From Lytechinus pictus (lineage: Eukaryota), in the NCBI RefSeq assembly GCF_037042905.1, contig NC_087249.1:10666001-10730000 (forward strand): a stretch of DNA of 64,000 nt, given 5' to 3'. The notes beneath the pieces were generated by a model that saw only the letters and a list, made by a program, of their open reading frames with translations, was not told where the DNA came from and searched no databases. The position numbers were made by a program, and so were the translations under genes. Positions 52,101 to 64,000 of the stretch are shown one piece after another (position 1 is the stretch's first letter; each line of letters begins with the position of its first letter).

Positions 52101-55099
52101 GGTTGAACTTAAATATGTGGTGCAAGTTGTGGTTAAACTATGGACAGCCATTTTTAAAACACATTTGAGCACCACTTCAATTATTTCAAACTGTCTGGGG
52201 GAATGACCAATGGTCAAGTTTTCTTGTACAAAAAAAAATTAAAAGCACTGTAAACAGTAATCATAAACATAGTGTAAATAGAATTCTGACTTCTCATAAT
52301 TTCTGCATGGACTTGAAGAATGGTTTAGGTTAAAACAGACTACAGACCAATTGTTGTACTAGCAATATGGTATAATTGCCATTGCTCAGATATATTCCAT
52401 TTATTTCTAATCAGTGGGTAGAGAGTTCCCTCTCTGATACATTTTCGATTTCTTTCTCTATCATTTTGGTTTTTGACAGCACTTTCTCTAAAAAAACAAA
52501 TTTCCTCACAACAGCACAATATCCTCAAATATTTTAATTCCTAAATTTCAGTCTTATACATAATTCTTTCAAGTTTGTGTCAAGGTAACGGAAATTTTGA
52601 TAGACTGATCTTGAATTATTTCTTTCCTGCTTAGCAACATGGAAATTCTATTGATCACAACCTACCAAACTCTAGAGTGAAAATAATAGTTGATCTTCAA
52701 AGAATCAGAGATTTGGTTACTTCATTTGTCAATTTATTATCTGATAGCTTTAAGAATGATGTATATTTTTTTAATAAAATCAAATGAAATTAATTGATGT
52801 TGAAACAAAAAAGAAAGATGACCTTCCTTCATTGTTTCCTGCCAAAAAAGGCAATCTCCCATGCATGGGTTACAGTGGAGGTCAAACAAAAGAACAACAG
52901 TCATAACAAAGAATACATAAGGTATAAACCTACACCTTCAATCAGCTAATTTAATTAGATGGGGGAAATCATAGATATTTGATCACCTTCCCATTGTTCT
53001 TTCTCTCAATCAATTTTTACTGGAATCAATTTTGACTTTGTGAATAAAAATATGATTTAGTCTCTGAAGAAGTGGGGTTCTTTACAGAGACGGTAATTGT
53101 TCCCAGTTATCATTTATTCAAAATATCATACTGCAACAGCAATGACGGTAAATGAACAATATATTCTGACAAATACAAATAAATTTCCCATGTAGTACTA
53201 TCAATGATAATTATATGCTTTTGGAAAGTGGGGTTCTTCTAATGATCCTTGCAAATCAGAAACCAAATTAGAAATATATCCCAAACTGATCAATGCCCAT
53301 ATCTATCCAAAAAGGAAAAGTTTTGATTTTTTTTTTCGTTTCAGAAAGAAGAGCTTTTCATATCATGACATAACTCAGGTCTCCAGAAGACAGATGCGGA
53401 TTTCAAACAATACATCAAATTGAAGGTGAAGGGACTACCCTTCTTAGATTGATGAACGGAGAAAGAATAATGGTAGCTTTGGTGGGAAGAGATCTTTATG
53501 AATAAAGTATGTAATATAGGCTAAGTACGTGGGGTCTCGTGAGGGACGCAGACCAGTAGGTCAAAATGCAAAAAGATGGCAGATAGAGGAGGGAGAGGAT
53601 GATGAGAGGGAAAGATACAGATGAAAAAGAGACAGAGAAGAAAAAGAGAGACAGAGAGGGAAGGAAAAGGGCACAGACCAAAAGACAGTGAGAAAGAAAA
53701 AGGGTTGCCCCACCCTCCCCCCCCCCCACCAAAAAAACAAAAAAAAATGGACAGAAATACAGAAAAATAGAGCAAAAAGGACAGCAATGACAAAGTGCTT
53801 AATGAATAAAAATAAATAGAGTACAACAATGAATGGAATAGGTTAACTTGAAGCGATATATAATTATTTACATGAATGATTTCAAAAGGGTAATTTATAC
53901 AAAATAATTCATTCAAAAGGGAGAAAAAGAGGGAGAAGGCATAAGAAATATTTGAAGTATAAAGAAAACAAGGAGGAGAGAGAGAGAGAGAGTGAGAGAG
54001 CAATACAGGGATGATAGATGTACCAAGATATCCGTATCCTTGAAATGCATAATAGCAAAAGCTGATTTAGTTATAAAGAGAAAAAAAATGATGAAACATA
54101 TATACATATTGTAAAGAATGTGAGTTTGAGTCAGATATTCACAAAAATAAAACAGACAAATGATGGTTGATGTCTGGGAAAGGAAGTGATCATGTCATAA
54201 CAAGCATATTCCCAACATTGGCAGTTAAATAGCAAGTCTCACTAGCCATGTTGGGAGATATGGTTTTGTGGCCGACCACTGTCGTCTTCGGCTCTCCTTG
54301 CAGCCCGAGGCTACGTGTAGCGGGTGGATTTTAAGCGTGTTTCTCTTGTTTGGGGGGCAAATCGAAGCAGACGTGGCAGGAGCAAATCCGGAAGCGAAGG
54401 ACATTTCCTATTTCTTTCAGCCGGCGTCCCTGGGCAGGACAGAGCGCGACAAGAACAACAAGAACCTCCACGTCCTAGCCAGGGATGATCCCTTCCTTGT
54501 CTGCTGGCGACCAGCTATCAATTAGCAGGAAAAGAGAGAATACAATGAGGCAGCTGAAAGCTTTGTCGGAATTTCCCTGAGGAACATAGCCTGGAGTGGT
54601 CGGGGGAATTGCAGCCAAGAAGCTTTATGGGGAAGCCAATGAAATTCCAAGTACATGTATACATCATGAAGAATGCATAGAGCTGTAGAATTAATGAAAT
54701 AATACCCTGGTGGAACAAATTGATCTTTTGTAAAACCATACCTTCCTTATAATTTTCTTTGTTATGACACCAGGGAATTCATACATCATATAATTACTGT
54801 ACATCACATATATCAAAATTGTTTTCTTTTAATTCATTTTCATCAGGATTATCAAATTGGGAACAGGGAATATTAGGAATGGCCCCCTGCAAGTTAAACA
54901 ATTCAATTGACTTTCTCTTATTTCATAACTTTACACATCCAATATTTCTCTGACGTGCAATCGCTTGACCCCACTCTTTTTGCTAACCCTATTACATTCT
55001 CTGTCAATTCTCCAGACAGACTCAGTTTCCATTAGATCCATTTCCAGCTTTTTACAAGCAACATTTTTTTCACTTAGACCTCTCAGTAAGATTACATTT

Positions 55100-55317
55100 G
55101 GAGAAGAGGGGAGAGAGGTAGAGAAGGGGGAGGGGTCAGAAGGGGAGAGATAGAAAGGCAGACAGCGAGAAGGGGGAGAGACAGAGACAAAAAGAGAGGT
55201 TGAGAGGGGAAGGGAGAGAGAGAGAGTGCGTAAGTGAGAGGGGAGAGAAAAAGAGAAAAAGCAAGGGAAGGGGGTCGAGAGAGAAAAAAAGATAAGAGAT
55301 AGAGAGGGAGAGAGAGC
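55100..55317. repeat. GA-rich homopurine tract
   Basis: Directly visible. Confidence 0.88.
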
Positions 55318-58300
55318 AATTGACACCTGCAGGTAATGCTATCAAGATAGGACCATCAATCCTCGCTTATACGTTTTTGTTCTGCTCATTACGCGCTCGG
55401 ACAGAGGATCTTCCCCATGTTTTAATTTGAACAGACAGAGAAAAAGTTTTCGGAATTCATAACCAAAAAAAAGATGGCAAAATCATGTAGCCAAATTTGT
55501 TTGATCACATGGATTTCCTACTGTAGAGGCAACTCAAAATGTCGCCCTTTCTTCGCCGATTGGAAAATACACAGAGAAAGAAATTGAAATGACAATGGGG
55601 CTATCACCTTAATTAAAACACCCGTCTCCAGTGCAAACACTATATTCCAATCAATATCACTTGGTCACAATAGAAAATGAGATGACACCTTTGCTAATAT
55701 CCATACATACATGTACAGGACACATTGTACATGTAACACTTGTAATGTATCTGCGTCAAGCCTAATATTTGCATTGATTGCACATATGCCCTTGTATAGA
55801 ATTCCCTACAGATATGGATCCATGCTTGAGTGCTGTTTTGAGAATGCTTCCATCATCAGTTTCTTCAATTTTCTACAACATCTATGTTATAAGTGAACAT
55901 TTTCTAGTTCATCATCAACATCTAGGCAACGACATACAGAAAAAAAAATGGAGATATAAATAGATGTACCAAATCAATCCATCTTTGATCAGGAAGTATT
56001 TTCAATCTTGTTCTGAGATGGGAGTATCGAGGCGCAAGTCAGTATCGAGGCGCAAGTCAGTGAAACTGGTGTCTGTCTCCTTTACCACAAGATGGCGCCC
56101 TTTCTCTCTGGTTAGCAGAAAGCCAAGGAAATGTGTACAACACTTAGAGTGCAGGCCATGATTCATGATTATACCAATGACTGGTTTTGCAAGTATTCTG
56201 AAAACTACAACCTCCCATATGACAAACTTCTTTTTGAGTCAATTATTGAATTATTGTCTATTTATTTCAAAGTGAATATTTCAGCAACATACAAATTAAA
56301 TGTGCTGAAAATGGCAAGGAAAGATTTCAAATATTGGAAAAGATTTCAAATATTCACTTCATTTTTACACTTTTAATTTCTAAAAGAGGAAAAGGTATAA
56401 CATGTACATAATACATTCTATTATGGAATAAAATCCAAGCATAGCACTAGCGGAGTAATTTTTTTTTTTTTCAAATGTTTTTTTGTTTTCAAACATGAAA
56501 CTTTTTTCAATAAATGATGTAATCCCTGTATCATTTAAAATAGATTTTAAATGTTGCGTTTAAAGTAGGTCAAGCATGGCACATCCATGGGTTCTTGATC
56601 ATTTCAAATATTTCTTTATTTCAAATATACATAACCCACAAAATCAACTTATTAAGCTTTTTTTTAACACTTTGGTAAAAATATAATAGGCAAATCATAA
56701 TTTGAGATGAAAGGGATAGATGATGCATGTATCAGCCGTCCATTTTCTACTTTTCCCATTTCTAATGAAATTTTTTTTTTTTTTAAAACTAAAATATCAA
56801 AAATTAAGTTTGAAAATTCAACTTGGGTTCATGCAATCCAATATGGAGTAGGTTTACAAGTACAAGATAAATACTACACCGCAAGCTACCTTACTTGTAT
56901 CTTTTCATCTCCTACCAAAGAGAGAAAAGATGGGTCAAGAAAGCACAAGAGAGTTGGTAAACACAACAACTGTTCTTTACATCGCCTTGGCATTCAACCA
57001 GCAGTTTCTACAGCAAACTGTTGAGAGCTGAAAACTAAACCTCTTCCCACAAATCTATCAATTATGAATGCCTGGCCCAAGACACCCTCTTGAAACAAAT
57101 ACAATTTTGATCGAGAATTTGAGCAGAAAACACACACATGAGCTGGCTGTGAAATCTCAATGCAAAGCCCGGGTAGCACAGATATTCTAATCACAGCAAG
57201 CCAACAGTATTGGGGCTCTGGTTTCAACATTTGAACAGATGTAGTCAGACAATATCACGTTCTGTTTGATTTTCTGCAATCGGGGGCTTGGTTATGGCCA
57301 TCTAATATTCCGGGTGGCGCAATTGTGGGGGAATTGTATATCCATTTCAGTTTGTTTTTCTCTACCTGGTCATGCAATTTTTTTTTTCCTCGCCGCTCAG
57401 GTAATGCCTGAAACTGGTGCAGGGCATGACAACCATGTTTGCCGTTTCACGCCAATGTGCAGTTGCGTAATATGGGCACAGGGCTGATAATTTGATCGGA
57501 CTAACAAGGCACACGCTCGGGAAAAGAATGACGAGACAAGATATGCGAAGAGGGGTTTTGGTCATAGATGAGAAGCAAACGGAAGCTTTTACCAAGGATA
57601 GACGGGGGCCCAGAAGAAAAGGAAAGAAAGAGACAACTGTCAGCCTTGTTTAGCGTAGGTGAATGTTTGCAGAGCTCAAATGGACTCGGAGTTTAGCTTG
57701 TCATTCTTGAGTTACCATGCAGCATGGGCTTTCCAGTGCAAAGCTTCGGATGGAAACGGGTCACGTTTATCAATAATGCATTGAATACTCATTGGCTGGC
57801 GGAGCTCGCCGTGGAAAACACTAGTCTGGGAATCGCAACAACACGAAACATCAATACTCGACAAGGCCTTCGCAGAGTTTGACACGTTCTGCAGAGAGGC
57901 ACATCAAGAATATTAAAGTGAACCCTTTTGATAACCTGTGGAAGTTATTTTCTTAGATAGATGGGCAAAAGTAGGAAAAGGTAAATGTGTGGAAAGGGGA
58001 GAGAAGAGGATGAAGCATTTACAGAGAAACAGATAAGAAAAAGTAACAGAGAGGGGAAAAGAAAAAAAAAACCTCTTGCATTCAGTGAAGATAATTCGAC
58101 ATAAATAAACCTGCTGAGATAACTTTTGTTTCAAGACTACTCTTGGTTTTTGTTTTTTCCATGATGGATTTAATTGCAAATTATATGATCACCAAAAATC
58201 ATAGAGCTGTGAAGATACATGTAATACATGATGGATAAGTGCTCCCAAATACAATGGATCTGGTATGCATTGATTGGAGAGAGTCATTGATATCACACAC

Positions 58301-58916
58301 CAACTACTTCTTTTATATTCAATTGTACAAATTTATACAAAGTTTCAATTTTTTTGCAAATTTGGCAATAACAAGATAGGTTAAAACATTGGCAAGAATC
58401 CAACTTTGTTACACATAACAATGAGGGAAAAATCGTTTTTCTTGATGTAATACAAAAGAAATAGTGAATGGGACAATGGATTAATATCAGTTCGCTAGTA
58501 TGCATCCTGGCCAGGATGTGCATATAGCCGTTTTTCAATATTAAGCGTAACTTTAAAAATGTTTTCACTTTCTCATTTAGCATCCGATTTTGATAAAATG
58601 TTCAGTATTACGCTTGTCTATTTCGCTCTTTCCATTAAATCAAATGTTTGTTGGGGCAGACTTCCTTATTAGCACATACATGTACCTTTTTCATTCTTAT
58701 TCAACCAGAACATTTGACTTACATGACATGAATTTCAATTCAAACATGCTTTTTAACAATTCTCAATACATTTATTTGTATATTTTTTTCAATTTCATCA
58801 CAATATGATTACTACTTAAATACATGTACTTCCTCATACATTTCTTTACATATAATTGTTAAAAAATTCCTTGATACATACATGATGATGCTTAATACAA
58901 TTCTTAAAATATGTAA

Positions 58917-60061
58917 GAATTTTGTGCCTGAACATGCTTTAAGATTGAGGAGGCAGACTCACCTAGCCCAACTCGGTAGATACATGTAGTCTGGATGCTG
59001 GGGGACGGGTCAATGGGTTTATAGTACATTTCTGCATAGATTTACGCATTCTTTGTCCGAACATGCTTTAAGACTGAGGAGGCAGACGCAACCAAGACTT
59101 TATAGTCTGTAAGTAGTCTGAACGCTAGGTGAAGTGTCAATGAGTTACGCATTTCTGCATAGATTTATGCAGTCTACATCTGAATATGCTTTAAGATTGA
59201 GGAGCCAGACACCACTATCAGTAGGTAACCTGGATGGCAGGGGAGAGTCGATGAGTTTACACATTTCTGCATAGATTCATGCATTCTGTGTCTGAACATG
59301 CTCTAACATTAAGAACCAGACATCACTTAGCAGTTAGTCGGCAGGTAGCTTGGATGCTAGGGGACGGGTCAATGTATATATAATTCTTCCTATACACATG
59401 CATTCTGTGTCTGAACATGCTTTAAGATTGAGGAGCCAGACACCACTAAGTCGGTAGGTAGCTTAGATGCTAGGGGACAGGTCAATGAATTTATATGATG
59501 CATCCTATACACATGCATTCTGTGTCTGAACATGCTTTAAGATTGAGGAGCCAGACACCACTAAGTCGGTAGGTAGCTTAGATGCTAGGGGACAGGTCAA
59601 TGAATTTATATGATGCATCCTATACACATGTATTCTGTGTCTGAACATGCTTTAAGATTGAGGAGCCAGACACCACTAAGTCGGTAGGTAGCTTAGATGC
59701 TAGGGGACAGGTCAATGAATTTATATGATGCATCCTATACACATGCATTCTGTGTCTGAGCATGCTTTAAGATTGAGGAGCCAGACACCACTAAGTCGGT
59801 AGGTAGCTTAGATGCTAGGGGACAGGTCAATGAATTTATATGATGCATCCTATACACATGCATTCTGTGTCTGAGCATGCTTTAAGATTGAGGAGCCAGA
59901 CAACACTAAGTCGGTAGGTAGCTCAGATGCTAGGGGACAGGTCAATGAATTTATATGATGCATCCTATACACATGTATTCTGTGTCTGAACATGCTTTAA
60001 GATTGAGGAGCCAGACACCACTAAGTCGGTAGGTAGCCTGGATGCTAGGGGATGTGTCAAT
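58917..60061. repeat. 115-bp tandem array, about 10 units
   Basis: Units start at 59401, 59516, 59631, 59746, 59861 and 59976 (exact 115-bp period); four diverged 112-130 bp units upstream. Confidence 0.96.
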
Positions 60062-60159
60062 ACCCGTTTCCCATCATGCTATTGACACACCTGGCGAGCG
60101 ACGGCGTGCCCCAGCACACCAGTTAGCATGGATTAATGATTAGGGCTTAGGAGCTGTGT

Positions 60160-61100
60160 CAAGTCAGTGGGGCCGGTGCATTTTAAACTAGGCAGCAGCG
60201 GGCAAGACTAGGCTGATGGGCAAATCCTGGGTAAATTCTTAGTCCAGGGACACAACCGATCATATGATTGTGGAAAATGCAATCAATTATAAAAGACTGG
60301 TATACAATTAAATGTGTCATGTCATTGGGGCTGGTGCATCTAAACTAGGCAGTAGCAGGCAAGACTAGGCTGATGGGCAAAATCCTGGGTCCAGACACAC
60401 AATGCTTAGCGATCGATTGTAAGATTGATTTTCATAACTGATTGTTTATTGGGGAAAATGCAATAAATTATAAAAGCAGGGTGCTACATAACTTTTTAGA
60501 AGCACTTTCCCAGTTGGGCAAGTAAATTTTTAAATAGTTGGAATATACTTGCCCCAAAATCTATTTCACTTGCCCAAAAAATCCTAGAAAAAAAGTTTTA
60601 CCTCTTCAAACTAAAGTATTGTGGTTTTGTAAACCTTTGAACTTCTTTTTTCTCTTTTGACATGAACTGATGTACCTTTTTATTACATTCTTTTTCCAAA
60701 GTGATTTTATCTTGCCTGCTATGACCAAAATTAGGGTCGATATCATATAAAAAATATTGACCCTAATTTTGGTCATTCCCAATTCGGGCAAGTAGTTTTG
60801 GTCTTTACTTCAAGACACTTGCCCGACTCTAACATTTACTTGCCCTGGGCAATCGGGCAAGGGCTTATGTAGCACCCTGATAAAAGGTTGGTATACAATT
60901 AAATGCGTCATGTCCTTGGGTATGAATGCATTTAAACTAGGCAGCAACAAGCAGGACGAGGCTGATGGGCAAAGTCCTGGGTCCTGAGACAAAAAAATTA
61001 GCGACTGATTGTATGATTGATTTTGATGATTGTGGCAATACAATTGATTGTAAAAATTAATTCTACGATCAAATGACAGGCTTGGTGTTATGAAACCCTG
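60160..61100. repeat. Three diverged tandem units (TAAACTAGGCAG...GGCTGATGGGCAAA core) interrupted by a MITE
   Basis: Core recurs at ~60184, ~60341 and ~60933. Confidence 0.8.
60477..60879. mobile_element. CAGGG-ended MITE (hAT- or P-like)
   Basis: Perfect 15-bp TIRs CAGGGTGCTACATAA / TTATGTAGCACCCTG, repeated TTGCCC/GGGCAA subterminal motifs, ATAAAAG duplicated on both flanks. Confidence 0.88.
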
Positions 61101-61914
61101 AAATATTGTTCTTCTGTCTACATAATTCATTGACTACTGCACTCTTTTGAACAGGTTAAGTACAAGTACTTTTCAGTGTAATGAAGCCTATTGGTAAAAT
61201 ATTTTGTGTCTATAGCTAAATGCCAGTAAAAGTAATGAAATCAAAATGAGTTCACACAGAATCCAGTAATGTGACTATAAATGTGCCACGGGATTCTGGA
61301 AAAAATTGTGTAATTGCTGAGAAATTAGCAAAATAAGCATGAGATTGGAGGAAAGTGTTGGGTCTTTTTCCAAGCGATACACTGTCCCTGCATGTGCTTA
61401 TACATGGTAGCGATGTACAGTGTGATTGTTTTTCTGCTTAGATTTCATGATTTCACAATGTTCAGTTTATGTTAATTGTACCAGATCTAGATCCACAATA
61501 ATGATATAGTGACAATTTGTCTTGGTTTTACATACTTTCTCATGAAATGGTGTATACCATAACTACTTTCATAAATCTAAAATTGCTTATATTCCACATA
61601 CTTCACAGTAAAGCTGCCCGATTGATGAAAAGTGTATCAGGAAATGAAGAGTAGATATACCCATCATCAAATCAAAAACAAGATGGCATTCTAACATTAA
61701 AGCATGAATATTCTCAAAATCACTGGGGTTTCTATTGAAAGTGAAGTCCCTATAATGCCTGTCGACCCACAATGTAAAATTTGAAATCTATAGAAGATGT
61801 GAACGTATCCATTCATCAAGAAGATCCAGTTCCTTCTAATGCAGACACAACTCCAGGAATGGCCAAGTTCTCAGAAATAATGGAGGTTGGTTTTGGGGGC
61901 AGAATGTGACAGAG

Positions 61915-62139
61915 GGTACCATTACATTTGCTCCAGCGACAATTGCTCTGATGTTGAATCTGCATGTTAAAATTAAATACAATGTAGCCTCCAAAACTGA
62001 ATAATGTAAAGTTTGTAAACCGTGATCCTCATCTTTACATTATTCTGAACCCCAAAAATTGACAATCCTAACTCTAACCCTATGCGCATTGAGAAATTAA
62101 GACCAAAGCAAATGTCGCAGGAGCAAATGTCGTGGCACC
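61915..62139. mobile_element. MITE of the same family as 29403-29587
   Basis: GGTACCATTACATTTGCTCC / GGAGCAAATGTCGTGGCACC ends, ACAGAG shared by both flanks, telomere-like CCTAAC motifs inside. Confidence 0.72.
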
Positions 62140-62311
62140 GAACAGAGACCTTACGTGAGGAGAGTGGCAATAGTAAGGAGAAGGAAATCAGCAAGGATGC
62201 CACGCGTGAAGACCTTTGTTTGAAAAGACATTCTATCCACTCTTACTATCAAGACAAAACAATTTGTTTAAAACATATTTTAGACAGGGAAATACTGTAA
62301 AGTGATATCAG

Positions 62312-62440
62312 GGGCCTGTAACACAAAGCTTAGAAATGATCGTAGTACGTTGTTCTACGATTGATTGCATAGACTACAGTGTACAATCAATTGTGAAAAT
62401 CAAACGTACGATTAATCGCATACCTTTGTGTTATGGGACC
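62312..62440. mobile_element. PIF/Harbinger-like MITE
   Basis: CAG-GGGCCTGTAACACAAAG ... CTTTGTGTTATGGGACC-CAG. Confidence 0.75.
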
Positions 62441-64000
62441 CAGGATGTGCACTCTTGAGGGATGGCTCTCATACTAGACACTAAAACATTCGTGCAAAGA
62501 CAAGTCCTGCCTGAATGATACCGTGCTACCAATAAACATCAAAATTCTACAATTTTACATATAAGGTAAAGATTTGAAAACATAAAATGAATGAAAGAAA
62601 TTAAACGACAAGAGAAATATACACAAGAGAATAAAAGAAATAGCCAACGGACACAAACATATCTGCAAATTAACTGTAATTGTTGCATAAAGATAGGATT
62701 GGAAAGAAAAGCTTGTCAAACAATATCAGCAAAAAATCGGAGAATCATCATTTTTTGTAGATGTACGTGTACCTAGCATTTCTAAATGGTAACTTAATCA
62801 AGTCAGGGACCTGCTGGTTTTTCAAGTACCATAGAAGAGATATGTTTGGATGCATACTACCATTGAAGCTAGACAATGCGTGAATGTGTTTGATGGCCAT
62901 GCGAGAGATAGGTTTACCTTCTTACAAACACTGTTGCTTTTAAGGTTTTAAGATGGCGCGATAGGAGGAGGTAGGGTTACGCAAACCATGGTCGGCGAGG
63001 TGAACGCGCCTCTTGATGAAGGAGCTTGATAAGAGAGAGACGGAGAGAGAGGGAGGGACAACTACTCAAAACAAAATCCCTTTTCTTCCACCTCTTTTTA
63101 TATTCCATATTTTTGTTCACACGCTATAGCTAAAAACCTCACAGAGCTGGGTGACACTCCTCACATTTAAGAGCCTGCCATAGCCCAATGATTGACAAAG
63201 CATACACATGATGTAAAAGATAGTGTTTGATAGCACGATAATTTTGAACACTCTCCTTCCGGCTTTTCCTGATGGGTGTTTTGTTTTATCATTTTTCAAC
63301 CTATCCTCTTCTTTCTCCTTCTTTCCTCCACCCCAGAACTCTATACCACATATCCCATGTCCTTTTTAAGGGTCACGACCTTGTCCTTGCTTTTTGTAAA
63401 AGCGGGATCTGCTACCTCTGAATTACATGTCCAGCTCAGTATTCCAATACCATATGTCATATTGTTTGTGGAGTTTACAGTATGAATATATATATTTTTG
63501 AATAATTGAATAATATGAGACAAATTTGAATGAAAGAGTTTAGTCAATAGTACTACATCAACTAGGCAGTATGGAGAACAGACTTCATAGTTAGCATGAA
63601 AATACATTTTTCAATGACAAATTTATGACCACCCAACCCCTGGGGAATCTGAGGATTGGGGGGGGGGGAGACCCTGCAAGTATTGATATATGAATAAGTT
63701 TAGTTTTAATTATAGATGTCACTAACAAACCAAGAACCAAAGGTCATAAAGAAAATATGCACAAATTATAAAGTTATAGTAAATACAAAGATAATCAATC
63801 TTCAAAGTTTGAATTCACTGTCAAATAAAATAAGAATTAACATATTACAAAAAAAGATGTGTAAAAGAGGTGTTCTAAAATATGACACAAGGGGAAGGTT
63901 TACACTAAGTATATGAACAGACATGTTTTTTTATGACTGTTTTAGAAACATATTTTGAATTCTCTTTTTTTTGCCACATCATGGGCACTGACGAAGAGTG

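Noticed and set aside
54268..54525. GC-rich short ORF (and similar ones at 43157, 49055, 57266)
   Set aside because: No recognisable domain or splice-site framing; better treated as non-coding islands.
63989..64000. CTGACGA hammerhead-like start at the window edge
   Set aside because: Truncated by the window; cannot be evaluated.

Overview
AT-rich animal genomic DNA, most likely a sea-urchin-type echinoderm (inferred from the repeat types and the many poly-G/C runs). Most ORFs in the track are microsatellite or minisatellite artefacts. The main feature is a complete 6.0-kb tyrosine-recombinase retrotransposon (DIRS order, PAT-like) at 3981-9982. It has identical split direct repeats (A1...B1-A2-B2), the trinucleotide AAC at both ends, and decayed gag, RT-RNaseH, methyltransferase-like and recombinase frames. 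Its gag is interrupted, inside the conserved ADxSxxG-W motif, by what looks like a 189-nt GT-AG spliceosomal intron, and the element carries further splice signals. Bases 1-27 kb show no host gene, retain CpG, and contain many enhancer-like islands and MITEs. After a 33-bp minisatellite (27.2-28.7 kb) the DNA becomes CpG-poor. It appears to be the 3' end of an unidentified minus-strand host gene: poly(A) signal at 29663, a ~4.9-kb 3'UTR containing a Helentron-type HINE and a palindromic MITE, a terminal coding exon at 34556-34653, then a long intron with MITEs, a tRNA-derived SINE and a 115-bp tandem array. Family assignments come from motif recognition by eye, without database searches.
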